Positions 37,815-51,339 of a stretch of 64,000 nt of DNA are shown here, one piece after another. Origin of the DNA: Mobula hypostoma (taxonomy: Eukaryota); the NCBI RefSeq assembly GCF_963921235.1, contig NC_086097.1, positions 254,450,001-254,514,000 of the forward strand, written 5' to 3'. A program made the translations under genes and the position numbers. Positions within the stretch are counted from its first letter, which is position 1; each line of letters starts with the position of its first letter. The notes beneath the pieces were generated by a model. That model worked only from the letters and a program-made list of their open reading frames with translations. It was not told the DNA's origin and searched no databases.

Positions 37815-40204
37815 GAATGGAAAACGGAGATTTGTTAAGTGTGTCCAGGATGGATTCCTGTCACAGTATGTGGAAAGGCTGACCAGGGGGAATGCCATAC
37901 TAGATCTAGTACTAGGTAATGAACTAGGTCAGGTCACAGATCTCTCAGTGGGTGAGCATCTGGGGGACAGTGACCACCGCTCCCTGGCCTTTAGCATTAT
38001 CATGGAAAAGGATAGAATCAAAGAGGACAGGAAAATTTTTAATTGGGGAAGGCCAAATTATGAGGCTATAAGGCTAGAACTTGCGGTTGTGAACTGGGAT
38101 GATGTTTTTGCAGGGAAATGTACTATGGACATGTGGTCGATGTTTAGAGATCTCTTGCGGGATGTAAGGGATAAATTTGTCCCGGTGAGGAAGATAAAGA
38201 ATGGTAGGGTGAAGGAACCATGGGTGACAAGTGAGGTGGAAAATCTAGTCAGGTGGAAGAAGGCAGCATACATGAGGTTTAGGAAGCAAGATCAGATGGG
38301 TCTATTGAGGAATATAGGGAAGCAAGAAAGGAGCTTAAGAAGGGGCTGAGAAGAGCAAGAAGGGGGCATGAGAAGGCCTTGGCGAGTAGGGTAAAGGAAA
38401 ACCCCAAGGCATTCTTCAATTATGTCAAGAAAAAAAGGATGACAGGAGTGAAGGTAGGACAGATTAGAGATAAAGGTGGGAAGATGTGCCTGGAGGCTGT
38501 GGAAGTGAGCGAGGTCCTCAATGAATACTTCTCTTCGGTATTCACCAATGAGAGGGAACTTGATGATGGTGAGGACAATATGAGTGAGGTTGATGTTCTG
38601 GAGCATGTTGATATTAAGGGAGAGGAGGTGTTGGAGTTGTTAAAATACATTAGGACAGATAAGTCCCCGGGGCCTGACGGAATATTCCCCAGGCTGCTTC
38701 ACGAGGCGAGAGAAGAGATTGCTGAGCCTCTGGCTACGATCTTTATGTCCTCGTTGTCCACGGGAATGGTACTGGAGGATTGGAGGGAGGCGAATGTTGT
38801 TCCCTTGTTCAAAAAAGGTAGTAGGGATAGTCCGGGTAATTATAGACCAGTGAGCCTTACGTCTGTGGTGGGAAAGCTGTTGGAAAAGATTCTTAGAGAT
38901 AGGATCTATAGGCATTTAGAGAATCCTGGTCTGATCAGGGATAGTCAGCATGGCTTTGTGAAGGGCAGATCGTGTCTAACAAGCCTGATAGAGTTCTTTG
39001 AGGAGGTGACCAGGCATATAGATGAGGATAGTGCAGTGGATGTGATCTATATGGATTTTAGTAAGGCATTTGACAAGGTTCCACACGGTAGGCTTATTCA
39101 GAAAGTTAGAAGGCATGGGATCCAGGGAAGTTTGGCCAGGTGGATTCAGAATTGGCTTGCCTGCAGAAGGCAGAGGGTGGTGGTGGAGGGAGAACATTCA
39201 GATTGGAGGATTGTGACTAGTGGTGTCCCACAAGGATCTGTTCTGGGATCTCTACTTTTCGTGATTTTTATTAACGACCTGGATGTGGGGGTAGAAGGGT
39301 GGGTTGGCAAGTTTGCAGACGACACAAAGGTTGGTGGTGTTGTAGATAGTGTAGAGGATTGTCAAATATTGCAGAGAGACATTGATAGGATGCAGAAGTG
39401 GGCTGAGAAGTGGCAGATGGAGTTCAACCCAGAGAAGGGTGAGGTGGTAAACTTTGGAAGGACAAACTCCAAGGCAGAGTACAAGATAAATGGCAGGATA
39501 CTTGGTAGTGTGGAGGAGCAGAGGGATCTCGGGGTACATGTCCACAGATCCCTGAAAGTTGCCTCACAGGTGGATAGGGTAGTTAAGAAAGCTTATGGGG
39601 TGTTAGCTTTCATAAGTCGAGGGATAGAGTTTCAGAGTCGCAATGTAATGATGCAGCTCTATAAAACTCTGGTTAGGCCACACTTGGAGTATTGTGTCCA
39701 GTTCTGGTCACCTCACTATAGGAAGGATGTGGAAGCATTGGAAAGGGTACAGAGGAGATTTACCAGGATGCTGCCTGATTTAGAAAGTATGCATTATGAT
39801 CACAGATTAAGGGAGCTGGGGCTTTACTCTTTCGAGAGAAGGAGGATGAGAGGAGACATGATAGAGGTGTACAAGATAATAAGAGGAATAAATAGAGTGG
39901 ATAGCCAGCGCCTCTTCCCCAGGGCGCCACTGCTCGATACAAGAGGACATGGCTTTAAGGTAAGGGGTGGGAAGTTCAAGGGGGATATTAGAGGAAGGTT
40001 TTTTACTCAGAGAGTGGTTGGTATGTGGAATGCACTGCCTGAGTCAGTGGTGGAGGCAGATACACTAGTGAAGTTTAAGAGACTGCTAGACAGGTATATG
40101 GAGGAATCTAAGGTGGGGGCTTACATGGGAGGCAGGGTTTGAGGGTTGGCACAATATTGTTGGCCGAAGGGCCTGAACTGTGCTGTACTATTCTATGTTC
40201 TATG
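37815..40204 (+). mobile_element. Young 5'-truncated CR1 LINE with an open 587-aa RT region (38379-40142)
   Basis: YRPVSLTS, QHGF, DFSKAFD, GVPQGS, FADD and C-terminus uninterrupted; ttctatg tail. Confidence 0.93.
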
Positions 40205-40729
40205 AGGAGGAATTTCTTTAGCCAGAGCGTAGTGAATCTGCAGAATTCGTTGCCACAGGCAGCTGTGGAGGCCAAGTCCTTATGTATATTTAAGGCAGAG
40301 GTTGATAGATTCTTGATTGGTCAGGGCACGAAGTGATACGGGAAGAAGGCAGGAGATTGGGGCTGTGAAGAAAATTGGATCAGCCATGATAAAATGGTGG
40401 AATAGACTCGAAATCTGCTTCTATATTTTATAGTCTTATGGTATCTGTACAGATTGCAGAGTTTATGTATCTGTGCACTCTTCAGGGTGAATGTATCCAT
40501 ACAGTTCTCACGGTGTAAATATGATTGATCGCGGTATTTAAGATCGTCATAGCCAAGGGAGGTAGCAGGGATAAGCTCTCACTACCTACTAACTGCTCCC
40601 AATGGCATGCGCCTCGAATAGCCTCTGACAACCAGTCCCAGCTTCTGGCCTTCACATGTGGCTTAGATACTAAGCCAGGCCAAACCGTTTCTATTGACAG
40701 GAAAAGGGGCAAAGGCAGGTATTAAAAAT

Positions 40730-41545
40730 TTTCCCCCTTTTACATTGCAACTTATCCTGTTGACTGGAATTTTGCTCCATAATCAGCCTCTCCTTGCTAG
40801 GAGTCTCACTACACATTGCCTGTTTGTAAACCAACAGCACCATCCTCAGCCATATCACTCTGGTTCCCATCCCCTGCCAGGTTAGTTTAAACTCTCCCCA
40901 ACAGCTCTAGCAAACCTGTCTGAAAGGATTTTGGTCCCAGTCAGGTTCAGGTGTAACCCGTCCCTTTTGTATAGGTCATACCACCCCCCCCCCCACAAAT
41001 CTGAACCTCTTCCCCCCTGTACCAGTTCCTCAGCCACACGTTCACCTGCCAAATCACCCTATTCTTACCCTCACTGGCGTGTGGCACAGGCAGCAATCCA
41101 GAGAGTACTACCCTGGAGGTCCTGCTTCTCAGTTTTCTACCTGGTTCCCTAAAATCTCTTTTCAGGACCTCCTCACATTTCCATCCTATGTCATTGGTAC
41201 CAATATGTACCAAGATTTCTGCCTGCTCACCATCCTCCTTTAGAATGCCATGGACTCGATCCAAGACATCCCTGACCCTGGCACGTGGGAGGCAACAAAA
41301 CACGTGGGTCTCTATCGCAACCACAGAATCTTGTGTCTATTCCTCTAATGTCAGAATCCCCCGTCACTACTGCGGTCCTCTCTCCCCTCCCCCCCACCCC
41401 CTCTGAGCCACAGTGCCAGAGCATCGGCTGCTGCCGGGAAGGTCAGCATGCTTATTATTGAGGGGGCTGGCAAAAGGAGAACTCTGCACTGGCAGCCCAC
41501 TTCCCTTCCTTCTCCTGACATTTACCAACCTACCTGCCTCCTGCA
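40730..41545 (-). mobile_element. Degraded CR1 ORF1 (esterase) fragment
   Basis: VTGDSDIRG, CCLP and HIGTND. Similar relics at ~26870-27135 and ~48030-48310. Confidence 0.7.
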
Positions 41546-43624
41546 ACTTGGGGGCTACTTTCCTCACAGGTTTACAGCACCGTCTGTATGGAGGGGCAGG
41601 GTCCACGGCATGGGATCGGGGAAAGCTGAGAGAGCTCTAAGCTCAGCCAGCACCATCAGGCCTCCCCCCAGCACATCGAGGACATATTCAAAAGGTGATG
41701 CCTCAAAAAGGTAACGTCTGTCTTCATGGACTCTCATCACCCAGGACCTGCCCTCTTCTCACTGTTACCATCAGGGAGGAGGTACAGGAGCCTGAAGACA
41801 CACACTCAGTGATTCAGAAACAGCTTCTTCCCTCCGCTATCAGATTTCTGAATGGACATTGAACCCATGAACACCACCTCACTATTTTTCTTTTTCTCCT
41901 CTCTTTTTGCACTATTTGTTTAATTTTGTATACATACATACATACAGTATATTGGTAGTTTTCTTATTGTGTATTCAATGTACTGCTGGCAGGATAAAAC
42001 AGGGTTCTGGCACTATCACCGCTTATGTTGTTCCACGTAAAACCAGAAGTTAACTTTACTTCCTGCAAACCAAAGCACAGCCCGAGGGGCGTCAGAGATA
42101 CATCTTACAGCTTAACTGAAACTCTGTAGAAAAGAACTCTCTTTTGCTCCACCACTATCCTTGACCTTCTCCGAACTGTAAAAGCAAAAACTGAACAGAA
42201 ATGATTACCTCACAGAATAACAGAGTTGATGCATACTGCTCAGACACTGGAGGATGACAGGCTAGAGATGAATTCTTCACCGGTCTGGCCACCCTGCAGC
42301 CGCCAGATGCACTGGTGATTGACGGACAGTGCCACTGTGCTGCCTGCTGCCTCAGTACCAAGCACGAAGCAGCGCCGCACATTACCACATCAGCCCTCGC
42401 CGGGGTCTGACAGAACAAGCCAGAGACAGCCAAGATAACAGCTTACTACGTCCCATCAAAACCTCAAATTAAAGTGTTATTTTGGTCTTGTTTTCAAATT
42501 ATACTTAAATATTGTTTCAAAGGCAAAATGTTAATGTTTACTTTGTCTACAGATCCAGAATGATGTCATACTGATAAATGCTTAGTATCACAAAACAACA
42601 TTAAAGGTTTGATGGATACTCGTTTTCTCAGGAATGTTTTTTATATAAATGTAATCACTTAAACACACGGAGATTGATGTGTAGAAATCAGCAGCTAAGA
42701 GACCATAAGACTGTAAGGCATACAATCAAAACTAGGCCATTTGGCCCATCAAGTCTTTTGACTAGTACACCAGATTGAACATAAAGGTGGAAATTCCTGC
42801 AACCGACTTCACCTCCTCCTCAAAAAATCCATTCCAGTAGTGAGATGCTACCTGGTCTTAATAAACCCAGGTGGAGGTCTGATCAAAGAAGACAAAGATT
42901 AGCTTTATTTGCCACATGTACATTGAAACTTTGAAACATACAGGAAAATGCGTTGCTTGTGACAGCGACCAACACAGTCCATGGACGTGCTGAGGGCAGC
43001 CCACAAGTGTCACCACGTTTCTGCCACTAACATAGCATGCCCACAACTTACTAATCATATTGCGTACATCTTTGGAATATGGGAGGAAACCAGAGCACCT
43101 GAAAGAAATCCATATGCACCCGGGAGAACAAATTAGCTCCTTACAGACTGTGCAGGGAATCGATGGTAAACGCTCGTGTTATAAAGTTATTGCGCTAACC
43201 ACTACATCAACTGCCACACCAATTCATGCCTTTCTAAATGAAAGTTTGTATTGTCCCGTCAAATAGATGCCAATCAGTTAGCCAAAGTTAAAATAAGTAT
43301 GTTACAATTAATTTTTAAACATTATCTATATTAGGATCTTGTTAAGCAACCTCATGTGCTGCACCTTGTCAAAGTCCTTCTGAAAATCTAAGTAAACAAC
43401 AGCCACTGATTCTTCTTTGTCTTTCCTGCCTGTTATTTCATCAAGGAATTCCAGTAGATTCAGTAGATTTCAAGGAAACCATGCTGATTTTGTCCTATTT
43501 TATCATGTGCCCCCAAGTACCCTGAAACCTCATCCTTAGTAACAGACCCCAATGCTTTTCCAACCACGGAGGTCAGGCTAACTGGCTGAGAGTACCCTTT
43601 CTTCTGCCTCTCTCTTAAAGGGTA

Positions 43625-45880
43625 AAAGAATAGCACACGTGACTTGTGGTGAGGGCTGCATACCATTGCAGACTTCAAAGCTGAACATTGTGGTGCCGCC
43701 AACATCGCAGCCTCTTTCCCAGATGAGCTCAATCGCTCTTATGCTTGGTTCGATGTCACTAACTCTGAGCCTCCGAGGAAAGCCACCGCTACAACCTGCA
43801 ACCTGGTCATCTCTGAGGCTGAGGTACGCAGATGTTTCCAACGAGTGGACAGTCACAAGGCTGCGGGACCGGATGGCATCCCAGGGCGAGTACTCAAGAT
43901 GTGCGCAGCACAACTGGCAGGTGTGTTTACTGACATTTTTAATCTCTCCTTCTCCCAGTGTAGAGTGCCCTCCTGCTTCAAATTATCCACCATTGTGCCT
44001 GTACCAAACAAGACCAAGGTAACATACCTGAACGACTGGCGTCCTGTCACACCCAGCTCAATAATAAGCAAATGCTTTGAGAGGCTGGTCAAGGATTACA
44101 TCTGCAGCACGCTGCCACCCACACTGGACCCCCTACATTTCACCTACCGACACAACCGATCGACAGATGACGCAATAGCCACAGCTCTGCATACCCTTTA
44201 TTGTGTGCAGTTTTGGTTCCCTAATCTGAGGAAAGACATCTTTGCCATAGAGGGAGTACAAAGAAGGTTCACCAGATTGATTCCTGGGATGGCAGGACTT
44301 TCATATGATGAAAGACTGGATCAACTAGGCTTATACTCGTTGGAATTTAGAAGATTGAGGGGGAATCTGATTGAAACGTATAAAATCCTAAAGGGATTGG
44401 ACAGGCAGAAGCAGGAAGATTGTTCCCGATGTTGGGGAAGTCCAGAACGAGGGGTCACAGTTTGAGGATAAAGGGGAAGCCTTTTAGGACCGAGATTAGG
44501 AAAAACTTCTTCACACAGAGAGTGGTGAATCTGTGGAATTCTCTGCCACAGGAAACAGTTGAGGCCAGTTCATTGGCTATATTTAAGAGGGAGTTAGATA
44601 TGGCCCTTGTGACTAAAGGGATTGGGGGGTATGGAGGGAAGGCTAGTACAGGGTTCTGAGTTGGATGATCAGCCATGATCATACTGAATGGCGGTGCAGG
44701 CTCGAAGGGCCGAATGGCCTACTCCTGCACCTATTTTCTATGTTTCTATGTTTACCGTCCTTACATACCTGGAGAAGAAGGATGCTTATGTGGGAATGCT
44801 GTTCTTGGACTACAGTTCAGCATTCGACACCATAATTCCATCCAGGCTCGACAAGAAGCTCGGCCTTCACCCTGCCTTGTGCAGCTGGATCCTGGACTTC
44901 CTGTCAGATCACCGGCAGGTGGTAAGAGTGGGCTCCCTCACTTCCGACCCTCTGACTCTCAATACAGGAGCCCCTCAGGTCCCCTCCTTTACTCCCTGTA
45001 TACCAATGACTTTATCACCACCCACAGCTCTAATCTGCTAATTAACTTTGCTGATGACACTACATTTATTGGCCTTATCTCAAACAATAACGAGCTGGCC
45101 TACAGGGAAGAAGTCATCTCTCTGACACAGTGGTGCCAAGAAAACAACCTCTCCCTCAATGTTGCGAAAACAAAGTAGCTGGTCGTGGATTACAGGAGGA
45201 ATGGAGACCGGGCTAACCCCTATTGACATCAATGGATCTGGGGTTGAGAGGGTAAACAGCTTTAAGTTCCTCGGCATCCACATCACTGAGAACCTCACAC
45301 GGTCTGTACACACCGGCTGTGTGGTGAACAAGGCACAACAACACCTCTTTCACCTCAGACGGTTGAGTAAGTTTGGTATGAACCCCCAAATCCTAAGAAC
45401 TTTCTACAGGAGCACAATTGAGAGCATCCTGACTGGCTGCATCACTGCCTGGTATGGGAAATGTACCTTCCTTAGTCGCAGGACTCTGCAGAGAGTGGTG
45501 CGGACAGCCCAGCACATCTGTAGTTGTGAACTTCTCATGATTCAGGACATTTACAAGGACAGGTGTGTAAAAAGATCCCGTAGGATCATTGGGGACCCGA
45601 GCCATCCCAACCACAAACTGTTCCAGCTGCTACCATCTGGGAAGTGGTACCGTAGCATAAAAGCCAGGACCAACAGGCTCCGGGACAGCTTCTTCCACCA
45701 GGCCATCAGATTGATGAACTCACGCTGATTTGAATGTACTCTATATTTCATTGACTGTTCTACTTATAATAAATTATTATAAATTACTATGATTGCACAT
45801 TGCACATTTAGACGGAGACGTAATGTAAAGATGTTTACTTCTCATGAATGTGAAGGATGTAAGAAAGAAAGTAATTTATT
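43625..45880 (+). mobile_element. Rex1/Babar-like LINE with a nested CR1 3' end (~44198-44752)
   Basis: KAAGPDGI, DWRPV and RSTDDAI; the frame resumes LTYLEK...LDYSSAFDTI and FADDT. The insert matches 17927-18480; possible TSD tacc (44192-44195 and 44753-44756). Confidence 0.85.
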
Positions 45881-45889
45881 CAATTCAAG

Positions 45890-47670
45890 AGAGTTGAGGG
45901 TAGATATAGGACCAATAGAAAATGACGCTGGAGATATTGCAATGAGAGACGCAGAGATGGCAGAAGAACTGAACGTGTATTTTGTATCATTCTTCACACT
46001 GGAAGATACCTGCAGTATACTGGACATTCAAGAGGGTTAGGGAAGTGAAGTATGTGCAGTGAAAATTACAAATGTGAAGGTGCTCAGGAAGCTTAATGGT
46101 CTGAGGGTGGATAAATCTCCTGGACCTGATGGAATGCACCCTCGGGTTCTGAAGGAAGTAGCTGAAGAGATTAACGATGATCTTTAAAGAATCGATAGAT
46201 TCTGTCATTGTCCCAGATGACTGGAAAATTGCAAATGTGACTCCGCTATTTAAGAAGGGTGGGAGGCAGCAGAAAGGAAACTATAGACCTGTTAGCCAGA
46301 CATCAGTGGTTGGGAAGTTGTTGGAATCGATTTTTAGGGATGAGATTATGGAATACCTGGACGCATATGACAAGGTAGGCCAAAGTCAGCATGGTTTTCT
46401 GAAAGGAAAATCCTGCCTGACGCACCTACTGCAAATTTTTGAGGAAATTTCAAGCAGTGTAGACAAAGGAGATGCAGTAGATGTGGTGTTCTTGGATTTT
46501 CAGAAGGCCCTTCACAAGTTGCCACACATGAAGCTACTTAGCAAGGTAAGAGCCCATGGAATTACAGGGAAGTTACTAGCATGGGTGGAGCATTGGCTGG
46601 TCGGCAGAAAACAGAGAATGGGAATAAAGGGATCCTATTCTGGCTGGCTGCTGGTTACCAGTGGAGTTCCACAGGGGTCGGTGTTGGGACCGCTGCTTTT
46701 TATGATGTATGTCAATGATTTAGACTGTGGGATTAATGGATTTGTGGCTAAATTTGCCGATGATACAGAGATAGGTGGAGGAGCGGGTAGTGTTGATGAA
46801 ACAGACAGCCTGCAGAGAGACTTAGATAGTTTAGGGGAATGGACAAAGAAGTGGCAAATGAAATACAATGTTGGAAAGTGTATGGTCATGCACATTCATG
46901 GTGGAAGAAATAAGCGGGCAGACTATTATTTAGACGGGGAGAGAATTCAAAATGCAGAGATGCAAAGGGACTTGTGCAGGATACCCTAAAGGTTAACCTC
47001 CAGGTTGAGTCGGTGGTGAAGAAGGTGAATGCAATGTTGGCATTCATTTCTAGAGGTGTAGAGTATAAGAGCAGGGATGTGATGCTGGGGCTCTATAGGG
47101 CATTCATGAGACCACACTTGGAGTACTGTGGGCAGTTTTGGCCTCCTTATGTTAGAAAGGATATACTGACATTGGAGAGGGTTCACAGAACGTTCACGAG
47201 AATGATTCCAGGAATGAAAGGGTTACCATATGAGAAATGTCTGGCAGCTCTTGGGCTGTATTCCCTGGAGTTCAGGAGAATGAGGGGGGAATCTCATAGA
47301 ATCATTCGAAATGGTAAAAGGCCTGAACAGATTAGATATGGCAAAGTTATTTCCCATAATAGGGGATTCTAGGACAAGAGGGCATGACTTCAGGTTTGAA
47401 GGGTGTCCATTTAGAATAGAAATGCGGAGAAATTGCTTTAGTCATACGGTGGTACATCTGTGGAATTTGTTGTCACGAGCGGCTGTGGAGGCCAAGTCTT
47501 TGGGTGTATTTAAGGCAGAGATAGATAGGTTCTTGATTAGCCAGGACATCAAAGGGTATGGGGTGAAAGCAGGGGAGTGGGGATGACTGGAAGAATTGGA
47601 TCAGCCCATGACTGAATGGTGGAGCAGACTCGATGGGCCGAATGGCCTGTTTCTGCATGGTCTCATGGAA
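45890..47670 (+). mobile_element. CR1 LINE ORF2 fragment
   Basis: ORFs 46177-46989, 46974-47372 and 47311-47586 carry RT motifs. Close relative of 53390-54671. Confidence 0.9.
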
Positions 47671-49440
47671 ATCCATCGAATATTGAAATGCCTAGATAGA
47701 GTGAAATTGGAGGGGATGATTCCTATGGTGGGGGCGTCTAGGAACAGAGGGCACAGTTAGAGAATTGAGGTATATCTATTCAGTACACAGGTGAGGAGGA
47801 ATTTCTTTAGCTGGGGTTGATGAATCTGAGAAAGTCGCTGTCACAGATGGCTGTGGGGACCAAGTGATTGGGTACATTTAAAATGGAGATTGATAGGATT
47901 GGTCAAGGCATCAAAGATTATGGATGAAAGGCAGGAGAATGGCATTGAGAGGGTAATAAACAAGCCATGATGGTGCAAACCCGATGGGCCGAATGGCCTA
48001 ATTCTGCTCGTGCGTCTTTTGATCTTAAGGTCTTTTTGATTTTGTCCCCATATTACACTGCAACTCATCCCACTGACTTTAATTTTCCCTATCATCTGCC
48101 TGTCCTTCCTCACAGTCTCATTACACACTGCATCTCCTTGTACACCAACTACCTTATCCTCAGCCCTATCACTCCGGTCCCCACCCCACCGCCAGGTTAG
48201 TTTGAACTCTCCGCAGAGCTCAAGCAAACGTGCCCGCAACTATATTGATCCCCTCGGGTTCATGTTTGTACAGGTCATATCTTCCCCAGAGGAAATCCCA
48301 ATGATCCAGAAAACTGATGGGGCCCTCCAAAGGAAGGAAAACTCTTCTGTCAAACCTCCACTGCCTTGTGACCATACTTGTGACAAAGGGAAAAACTTCT
48401 ATAAGACCAATAGGACCATAAGACATAGGAGCAGAATTAGGCCATTCAGCCCATCAAGTCTGCTCTGCTATTCCATCATGGCTGATCACGGATTCCACTC
48501 AACCCCATACACTTGCCTTCTTGCCATATCCTTTGATGCCCCGACTGATCAGGAAACTATCAACTTCCGCATAAAATATACCCATGGACTTAGCCTCCAC
48601 CTCAGTCTGTGGCAGACCATTCCACAGATTTACTACTCTCTGGCTAAAAAAAATTTCTCCTTACCTCTGTTCTGAAAGGTTACCCCTTAATTTTGAGGCT
48701 GTGTTCTCTAGTTCTGGATACCCCCACCACAGAAAATATCCTCTCCACATCCACCATATCTAGTCCTTTCAACATTCGGTAGGTTTCAATGAAATCCCCC
48801 GCAACTCTTCTAAATTCCAGCGAATACAGGCCCAAAGCTGCCAAACACTCCTCATGTGTTAACCCCTTCATTACCAGAATCATCCTTGTGAACCTCCTCT
48901 GGACTCTCTCCAATGACAACACATCCTTTCTGAGATATGGGCCCTAAACTGTTGACAATACTCCAAGTGCCACCTGAGTAGAGTTTATAAAGGCTCAGCA
49001 TCATCTCATTGCTTTTATATTGCATTTGCCTTCTTTAGTACAGACTCGACCCCCAGGTAAAAATCCAGACGTAGAGCCCCTATGGCAGTTGTGCTGACTG
49101 GCAACTCCTGCGACGCCACTGGTGCCAAACTGTATCGGTCTTTGCTGTTCCTTTGGATTCATCAGCTGGGGAGAGAGGGGGAGCCTGCTGCCTGGGCAAC
49201 AGCTTGCTCTCCATATCGCTCTGCCCTGACTTGTGTATCACGTAGACAGCTGGAACGCAACATGTATTGTCAACCCCGACTAGCGGAGGCCTCATACCAA
49301 CTTGAGATTGATTTTCTTGCAGCCACTCACAGTAGAACAAAGATGTACAATAGAAACAATGAATATGTGTCACAGGAGATGCCACAAAAGTAGAAAATAG
49401 AGCCTGCGTAATGTGGTGTGGGGGCAGTTACTCTACTCAC

Positions 49441-49518
49441 CCAGGCTGAGCGCTGTCTTGATACGGCATTACTGAGAACACCGAGCAGAACGACCTCTTG
49501 CCGCTGATTAACACTATC
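49441..49518 (-). CDS. CABLES1: CABLES1 internal coding exon (78 nt, phase 2 to 2)
   Basis: Acceptor tctctgcctttctag|G, donor TGG|gtgagt. Translates (x)IVLISGKRSFCSVFSVMPYQDSAQP(G), matching the CABLES1 segment IVLISGRRSFCSIFSVLPY as I recall it. Its terminal GG plus the G of the next exon makes Gly. Confidence 0.93.
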
Positions 49519-51339
49519 CTAGAAAGGCAGAGATTGACAAATTACTCATAATTAGCTTTTAGGAATCCAGCAACCAGAGGAATGTAATCACTTTCTCCAC
49601 GTCAGCAGCACCAGGTATCACAGCACTGATACACAGCGAGTCTCGATTTATATGAACTTCCAAAAATAAACCATTGGTTTGTGCTTGTTATTAGGCAATG
49701 TCGCGCATCAAGGCTTCAGCAGGGGTTCTCAACCTCGGTTAACGGGAGGGGTCCACAGCATAAAAATCTGGGAACACTTGCATTCACCAGAGGGTGGTGA
49801 ATCTGTGAAATTCATTGCCACAGATGGGTGTGGAGGGCAAGTCATTGGGAATATTTAAAGCAGAGGTGAACAGATTCTTGATTAGTCAAGGCATCAAAGG
49901 TTACAGGGAGAAGGCAGGAGAGTGGTCCTCGCCGGCCAATATAAGACCATAAGCAAAATGAGCAGAACTAGACTGTTCAGCCCATCAAGTCTGCTCCAGC
50001 ATTTTATCACAGCTGATTTATCATTCCTCTCAACCCCATTCCCCTGCCTTCTCTCTGTAACCTTTGACACCCTGACTCATCAACTGTTCCTCATATTCAT
50101 TCCCAGGTTTCACTGCTGGTGGTCCTTCCCTGGCAACATACACAATTCAAGCCCTTTCTCTGCCATCGTTAATTGTACCAGTACAGAGTTGGATAATGAA
50201 AACCGGACCCTGTCCTGAATTTGCCCACAAACACTACTTCCTTATTCAGGAAATTCACTCACATTCATACAGACACGGAAAAGCTTACTCAGTAACGCTC
50301 CTCCTTACTGCAGCCTCAAAGCACCACTCTCTACCTGAACCTCCCTCCTCCCTCATTTATTCATTCCTCGCTCTTTTATATCAATTCCAAAGTTCATATT
50401 TCCATGTGTTCAGGACAAAGATGCAAACGGAGAAAATCACTGCAACACTGCCCTCCCCGCAAGCTGCCTTTTCCAAAAGCTCCCTTCCAGAAAGCTCCAT
50501 AGGGCTATTAAAACAAAAGCTTCACGCCAACTTAAATATATATTCCTCCAGACAGTGAGTCTGATCAACCATTCTAGTTTGCCACCCACCCCCTCTATCT
50601 ACTGCAACAGGCCGTAAACACTTTATCACTTTCATAATGCTCTGTAGATTGTAAATATATGCTGGTATTATGCACATTATATTACATATCGATACTTTAA
50701 TCACTAAGTTTACTTTCTATATCATTTCATATTCTTTGTAAGTGTTGCATGCTGTTGCCTGAACAACACACCACGGCCATTCCGAACACATGTAAATGGA
50801 TATGATGAATAAAGATGATCCTTGATCTAACACTCTTCCTTTCCAGCAAACTCTACACTCAGCTTCCACTTCTCTACTCATTCCCTTTCACCCTTCACAC
50901 TGTCAGAGTCCGACCTGCTCTGAACATTTTGTCACTTAGTCAATTCTCCTCAACCTACTTCACCATCATGCAGCCATGACTGGGTCTGATCCTCCAGAGT
51001 TACTGCCCTGCCCCTTCAGCCCAGGTTCGTCAGAGGACTACTAACTCCCACAGCTGCTCTCAGTTACAACCATGTGATGAATTTCATTCTCAAAGGGAGT
51101 TTTATCATTGATTTGTCATAACATGGGACAAATATACCAAACGCTCCCCTATATTATTACCTCTGTTGTAATATGTAAAAGCACAAATAGATAATGTTAA
51201 CATGAGAGATCATCAATTGTGCCCAGTGCTTCCAAAATGGTGAGACCTGTCATAAAAGGGGCTACTACATCATCGAGCACCTCCGCTCCATCTGCCAAAA
51301 TCAGAACTTCCCGGTGGTCAAATATTTTAATTCTGATTA

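Noticed and set aside
40500..40725. Non-CR1 segment considered as an exon or ncRNA
   Set aside because: No convincing splice sites or motif; probably an unclassified repeat fragment that I cannot name.
49125..49172. Minus-strand CUGAUGA followed by a small hairpin (hammerhead-like)
   Set aside because: No GAAA box after stem II and no stem I/III closure; likely part of an unclassified interspersed repeat (~49060-49250).
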